Assembly (NCBI GenBank): GCA_030830185.1
Contig: JAURNN010000025.1
Coordinates: forward strand, 1 to 38,903
Direction: 5' to 3'
Origin: Bacillota bacterium
GTDB lineage: Bacteria > Bacillota_I > Bacilli_A > Acholeplasmatales > Acholeplasmataceae
Length of the DNA: 38,903 nucleotides
In this document: positions 35,009-38,903 of the stretch, piece by piece
Layout of the letters: each line of letters starts with the position of its first letter
Numbering within the stretch: the stretch's first letter is position 1
Made by a program: the position numbers and the translations under genes
The notes under the pieces: generated by a model
Seen by the model: only the letters and a program-made list of their open reading frames with translations
Database searches by the model: none
What the model was told of the DNA's origin: nothing

Positions 35009-35753
35009 AAAGAGGTTCGGCCAAAATTTTTTAAGAGATGAAAATCTTTTAAAAAAAATTGTTTCAACGGCACAAATAAAAAACCAACATGTCATCGAAA
35101 TCGGACCTGGTGAAGGTGGTTTAACAAAATATCTTGTAAAAGAAGCAGCCACGATTAAAGCCTATGAAATCGATGAGTCATTAAAACACACATTAGAAGA
35201 ATTAGAATCAACCAACCCAAATCTAGAAGTTATCTTCAAAGACTTTTTGTCTGTTGAGAACTTCGATAGCAAAGATACCAACATCATAGGCAATATTCCA
35301 TACAACATCACTTCACCAATATTATTTAAAGTTTTAGATATTGAACACATCACATCAGCCACATTCATGGTTCAAAAGGAATTTGCAGAAAGACTATCAG
35401 CGCAACCAAATTCGAAAGCTTATAATGCTTTATCAGTGATGATACAACTTTCATTTGATGTAACCTATGCTTTCACTGTTACAAAAAAAGTGTTTTATCC
35501 AATTCCTAAAGTAGATAGTGCAGTCATTACCCTAAAAAGAACGGGTTCTCAAAATAAAGACCTTCACGCATTTATTAAAGATTGTTTTCAACAAAAACGA
35601 AAGACACTATTAAACAATTTATTTGAGACACGGGCAATCAATAAATCACAAACAGCATCATTTTTAGAAGAATTAGGGTATTCCTCTCAAGTGCGCGCAG
35701 AACAAATCATACAAAAAGATTTTATTAAATTATATAGTAAAACGCTTACATAA
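34992..35753 (+). CDS. rsmA: 16S rRNA (adenine1518/1519-N6)-dimethyltransferase
   Basis: 253 aa. KKRFGQNFL, VIEIGPGEGGLT, IGNIPYNITSPI. Confidence 0.93.
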   Translation: MAHQFKKRFGQNFLRDENLLKKIVSTAQIKNQHVIEIGPGEGGLTKYLVKEAATIKAYEIDESLKHTLEELESTNPNLEVIFKDFLSVENFDSKDTNIIGNIPYNITSPILFKVLDIEHITSATFMVQKEFAERLSAQPNSKAYNALSVMIQLSFDVTYAFTVTKKVFYPIPKVDSAVITLKRTGSQNKDLHAFIKDCFQQKRKTLLNNLFETRAINKSQTASFLEELGYSSQVRAEQIIQKDFIKLYSKTLT

Positions 35754-35829
35754 AGCCGTAAAACCTTGGTTTTAAATCGCTATATATCGTAAAAACGCTT
35801 TAATTAAGCCGTTAAGAAAAATGCAAAAG

Positions 35830-35857
35830 TTGAAATAAAACTTTTTTATGATATAAT
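35830..35857 (+). promoter_or_regulatory. Promoter of spoVG
   Basis: TTGAAA (35830-35835), a 16-nt spacer, then TGaTATAAT (extended -10, hexamer at 35852-35857). Confidence 0.65.
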
Positions 35858-35887
35858 CTTAATAACGATGAATCGTGGAGGAATAGG

Positions 35888-36160
35888 ATGAAAATTACCG
35901 ATGTTCGAGTGAAACTTGTTGAAAGTGATAGTCGTTTAAGAGGCGTTGCTACCATTACGTTTGATGATGCATTTGTTGTTCATGATATTCGCATCATTGA
36001 AGGAGAAAATGGAATTTTTGTTGCAATGCCATCTAAAAAAACACCAAACGGCACTTTTAGAGACATAGCTCATCCAATACATGGCGATATGCGTAAGTTG
36101 ATCGAAGAAGCCATCGTAAAAGCATTTGAAGAAGTAAAAAATAACCCACCACAAGAATAA
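35888..36160 (+). CDS. spoVG: SpoVG-family DNA/RNA-binding regulator
   Basis: 90 aa. MKITDVRVKLVESDSRLRGVATITFDDAFVVHDIRIIEGENGIFVAMPSKK. RBS GGAGGA. Confidence 0.93.
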   Translation: MKITDVRVKLVESDSRLRGVATITFDDAFVVHDIRIIEGENGIFVAMPSKKTPNGTFRDIAHPIHGDMRKLIEEAIVKAFEEVKNNPPQE

Positions 36161-36174
36161 ACATAATGATAATA

Positions 36175-36199
36175 AACACGTCAAATGACGTGTTTTTTT
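36175..36199 (+). terminator. Intrinsic terminator after spoVG
   Basis: AACACGTC-AAAT-GACGTGTT (perfect 8-bp stem) followed by a T-run. Confidence 0.75.
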
Positions 36200-36251
36200 A
36201 CGAAAAAATATTGTAAATTCATGTATAATAGAAAGTGGAAAAGAGGTCTAT

Positions 36252-37235
36252 ATGTCAGTCATTCATGATAAAAAAGTAAAATTATTTGCATTAAGTTCAA
36301 ATTTACCGCTTGCAGAAAAAATAGCTGAATCAGCACAAATTCCACTATCCAAAGCAGAAGTTTTTAAATTTGCAGACGGAGAAATCACAGTCAATATCGA
36401 AGAAAGTGTAAGAGGTCATGACGTTTTTATCATCCAATCAACTTCTGCACCAGCAAACGAACATATCATGGAACTACTCATTATGGCAGATGCAATCAAA
36501 AGAGCTTCAGCAAAGTCGCTTACAGTAATCATGCCTTATTATGGATACTCAAGACAAGACCGAAAATCAAAATCAAGACAACCAATTACTGCAAAATTAA
36601 TCGCTGATCTTATTGAAGTTTCAGGCATTGATCGTGTGATTTCTATTGACTTACATGCCGCTCAAATTCAAGGTTTTTTTAATATTCCAATTGATAATTT
36701 CCCAGCAAGCTCACTTCTTGCAGAAACATTTATCAATACTTATGACACAAGTAATGTTGTTGTTGTTTCACCAGATCACGGTGGTGTGACACGTGCACGT
36801 ATGGTTGCAAATGTCCTCGGTGCACCGCTTGCGATCATTGATAAGAGAAGACCAAAACCAAATGTCGCCGAAATTCAAAACATCATTGGTGATGTCAAAG
36901 GAATGAAAGCAATTATGATTGATGATATGATTGATACTGCAAGAACATTATGTGCTGGTGCTCAAGCGCTCATCGATGCTGGTGCAACTGAAGTTTATGC
37001 GATGGCAACCCACCCTGTGTTTTCAGGCAATTCAATTGAATTAATTGAAAAATCAGTATTAAAAGAAGTGTTAGTAACAGACACCATTCAAGTCGATCTT
37101 TCCAAATCAACTAAAATTAAACAAATTTCGATTGGAAAACTATTAGGTCGTTCCATTGTTCATATAGCTGGAGACCTCCCAATTAGTCAACTGTTTGATA
37201 GACTTGCACACAGAGTAAGATCAGAAAATGATTAA
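36252..37235 (+). CDS. prs: Ribose-phosphate pyrophosphokinase
   Basis: 327 aa. [50 protein letters not shown]. Confidence 0.95.
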   Translation: MSVIHDKKVKLFALSSNLPLAEKIAESAQIPLSKAEVFKFADGEITVNIEESVRGHDVFIIQSTSAPANEHIMELLIMADAIKRASAKSLTVIMPYYGYSRQDRKSKSRQPITAKLIADLIEVSGIDRVISIDLHAAQIQGFFNIPIDNFPASSLLAETFINTYDTSNVVVVSPDHGGVTRARMVANVLGAPLAIIDKRRPKPNVAEIQNIIGDVKGMKAIMIDDMIDTARTLCAGAQALIDAGATEVYAMATHPVFSGNSIELIEKSVLKEVLVTDTIQVDLSKSTKIKQISIGKLLGRSIVHIAGDLPISQLFDRLAHRVRSEND

Positions 37236-37800
37236 ACTGATTGTTGGTTTGGGTAATCCGGGTAAACAATACGAAAAAACCAGACATAACGCTGGTTTTA
37301 TTGTTTTAGATAGATATATTGAATTAAAAAAAATAAAAATACAAAGCAAAGATAAGTTTCTAGGTGATATCGCTATATATGGTTCTGGAGAAGATAAAAC
37401 AGTCTTTTTAAAACCAAACACATATATGAATTTATCAGGTCAATCTATTTCAAAAGTTATACAATTTTATGATATTGCCTTGGAAAACATACTTATTTTT
37501 GTCGATGATATCTATTTAGATGTTGGCACCTTACGACTCAGAGAAAAAGGCGGACATGGAGGTCAAAACGGATTAAAAAATATCATTGCACACCTCCATT
37601 CTCAAGAATTTAAACGTGTTAGATTTGGTATTGGAGAAAACAAAAACATCCCACTCGATCAATATGTGCTCTCTAATTTCAGTAAATCAGAAGAAAAAAT
37701 TGTTGAAGAAGTGACGATTGCATGTCTTGAAATTATAGAGGCATTTATTCAAAATGTTCCATTTGTTGATATTATGACAAAACACAATACAAAAAAATAA
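37228..37800 (+). CDS. pth: Peptidyl-tRNA hydrolase
   Basis: 190 aa. [43 protein letters not shown]. Confidence 0.93.
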   Translation: MIKLIVGLGNPGKQYEKTRHNAGFIVLDRYIELKKIKIQSKDKFLGDIAIYGSGEDKTVFLKPNTYMNLSGQSISKVIQFYDIALENILIFVDDIYLDVGTLRLREKGGHGGQNGLKNIIAHLHSQEFKRVRFGIGENKNIPLDQYVLSNFSKSEEKIVEEVTIACLEIIEAFIQNVPFVDIMTKHNTKK

Positions 37801-38903
37801 TGACCTATCAAGATATTATCATTCCAAAAAAACATATCGATCTATTAAAAGCCCAGCGTAATGAAACGCTGGTTTTTAAACATTCTACACACCCGTATAA
37901 TATGTATCTTTTGTCTCAACTTTATGAGGAGACACATAAAAACATTTTTATTGTATTGCCTAATTTATATGAAGCTCAGCAGTACTATGACCATCTTCAA
38001 AAAGTAATGGATACAAACAACATTCTTTTTTATCCAGTAGATCAAACCCTCACCTATTTGATGGCACTTGGAAGTCCAGAATTTAAGACAGAAAGGCTAT
38101 TTACCATTTATCAACTTCTTACTGGGAAGCCGTTTGTAATTATTACTACACACCAAGGACTTTCAAGATCAACGTTATCAGTTAATGACTATGAACAAGC
38201 GAAAACAACACTTCTAATAAACAATAACTACACTAAAGAAGATCTTTTAAAATATTTAGTCTATAACGGGTATCAAAATGTTCATACCGTTGAAAAACCA
38301 GGTGATTTTTCTACAAGAGGAAACATCATTGACTTTTACTCGCTTCAATACGAGCATCCAGTAAGACTTGATTTTTTTGGTAAGACACTAGAAACAATTA
38401 AGTTTTTTGAACTAGATACACAACGGTCTATTGCTAAATTAGATCAAATTGATATTGTTCCTGTCAACGAGCTTTTTTATACAGACACAATGAAAGAAAA
38501 ACTTATTGAAAAACTCGAAAAAGACTTAAACAACGACAAGTTATCTGAAAAAGAACATAAAAAACTTAACCTTGATATTGAGTTCATAAAAGAGCGTAAA
38601 CATCTAGAAAGATTAGATATTTATATACATGCAATGAATCAATTGACATCAACCATCACAGCATTTAGTGAAGATCATTATATCGTGATGATTGATGTAC
38701 ATAAAATGACATTCAATGAACAACAAAAAGAAAATGAATTTCATACGTATGAACATGCAATGGGTGGTCAATATTTTTTAAACCTTGTCAAAGAAAAACA
38801 ACTTGCTGAATTATTGAAAATCCACCACATCAAACTTTACACTCAACACACAGAAGACGAAGGCATCTCTCTACATATAGAAGAAGTCCCCCTTTACCAA
38901 CAA
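37800..38903 (+). CDS. mfd: Transcription-repair coupling factor Mfd, N-terminal 368 codons (runs off the window)
   Basis: Own translation from ATG 37800 (TAATG overlap with the pth stop): [26 protein letters not shown]...FPVDQT...PGDFSTRGNIIDFYSLQYEHPVRLDFFGKTLETIKFFELDTQRS. This is the UvrB-homology / D1-D3 region. No stop to the end of the window. pth-mfd order is conserved in Bacillota. Confidence 0.85.
   Translation, partial: MTYQDIIIPKKHIDLLKAQRNETLVFKHSTHPYNMYLLSQLYEETHKNIFIVLPNLYEAQQYYDHLQKVMDTNNILFYPVDQTLTYLMALGSPEFKTERLFTIYQLLTGKPFVIITTHQGLSRSTLSVNDYEQAKTTLLINNNYTKEDLLKYLVYNGYQNVHTVEKPGDFSTRGNIIDFYSLQYEHPVRLDFFGKTLETIKFFELDTQRSIAKLDQIDIVPVNELFYTDTMKEKLIEKLEKDLNNDKLSEKEHKKLNLDIEFIKERKHLERLDIYIHAMNQLTSTITAFSEDHYIVMIDVHKMTFNEQQKENEFHTYEHAMGGQYFLNLVKEKQLAELLKIHHIKLYTQHTEDEGISLHIEEVPLYQQ

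Noticed and set aside
35754-35829. Near-repeats AAGCCGTAAAA / AAGCCGTTAAG and the AAAACCTTGGTTTT palindrome after rsmA, considered as a terminator or regulatory repeat.
   Set aside because: The palindrome would leave a 2-nt loop and has no U-tract. The repeats are short and imperfect, which is insufficient evidence.

Overview
This 38.9-kb chromosomal window comes from a low-G+C bacterium that uses the standard genetic code (TGA is a stop, Trp is TGG). Gene content and the style of the lipoproteins suggest an Acholeplasma-like Mollicute or a related Bacillota; that assignment is inference. No rRNA, tRNA, CRISPR array, transposase or integrase was seen.

**Origin neighbourhood (centre).** On the minus strand lie jag, yidC, rnpA and rpmH. 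A DnaA-box cluster follows, then on the plus strand dnaA (TTG start), a second DnaA-box and AT-rich segment, dnaN, yaaA, recF, gyrB and gyrA.

**Housekeeping block (right).** galE, uppP, galU, serS, an OmpR-type response regulator with its histidine kinase, a HIT protein, an orphan pduL, rnmV, rsmA, spoVG, prs, pth and the 5' part of mfd.

**Accessory block (left 12.5 kb, all minus strand).** This is the most interesting part.
- Unit 1 starts with a consensus-like promoter and a leader of about 155 nt that ends in an intrinsic terminator. It encodes a MalK/UgpC-like ABC ATPase with a coiled-coil insert of about 145 aa, two CUT1-type permeases, a solute-binding lipoprotein, and a 1209-aa lipoprotein. 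That lipoprotein is built from three ~194-aa tandem OB-like modules plus a C-terminal lamin-tail domain (LTD).
- Unit 2 encodes a 2-TM membrane protein translationally coupled to an LTD-staphylococcal-nuclease fusion lipoprotein.
- Unit 3 encodes two overlapping DHH/DHHA1 (NrnA-like) phosphoesterases.

I read these three units as a candidate system for extracellular nucleic-acid (or polymer) capture, degradation, import and oligonucleotide clean-up.

**Other anomaly.** asnS carries an in-frame TAA, and a perfectly conserved 21-codon C-terminus continues in frame after it.
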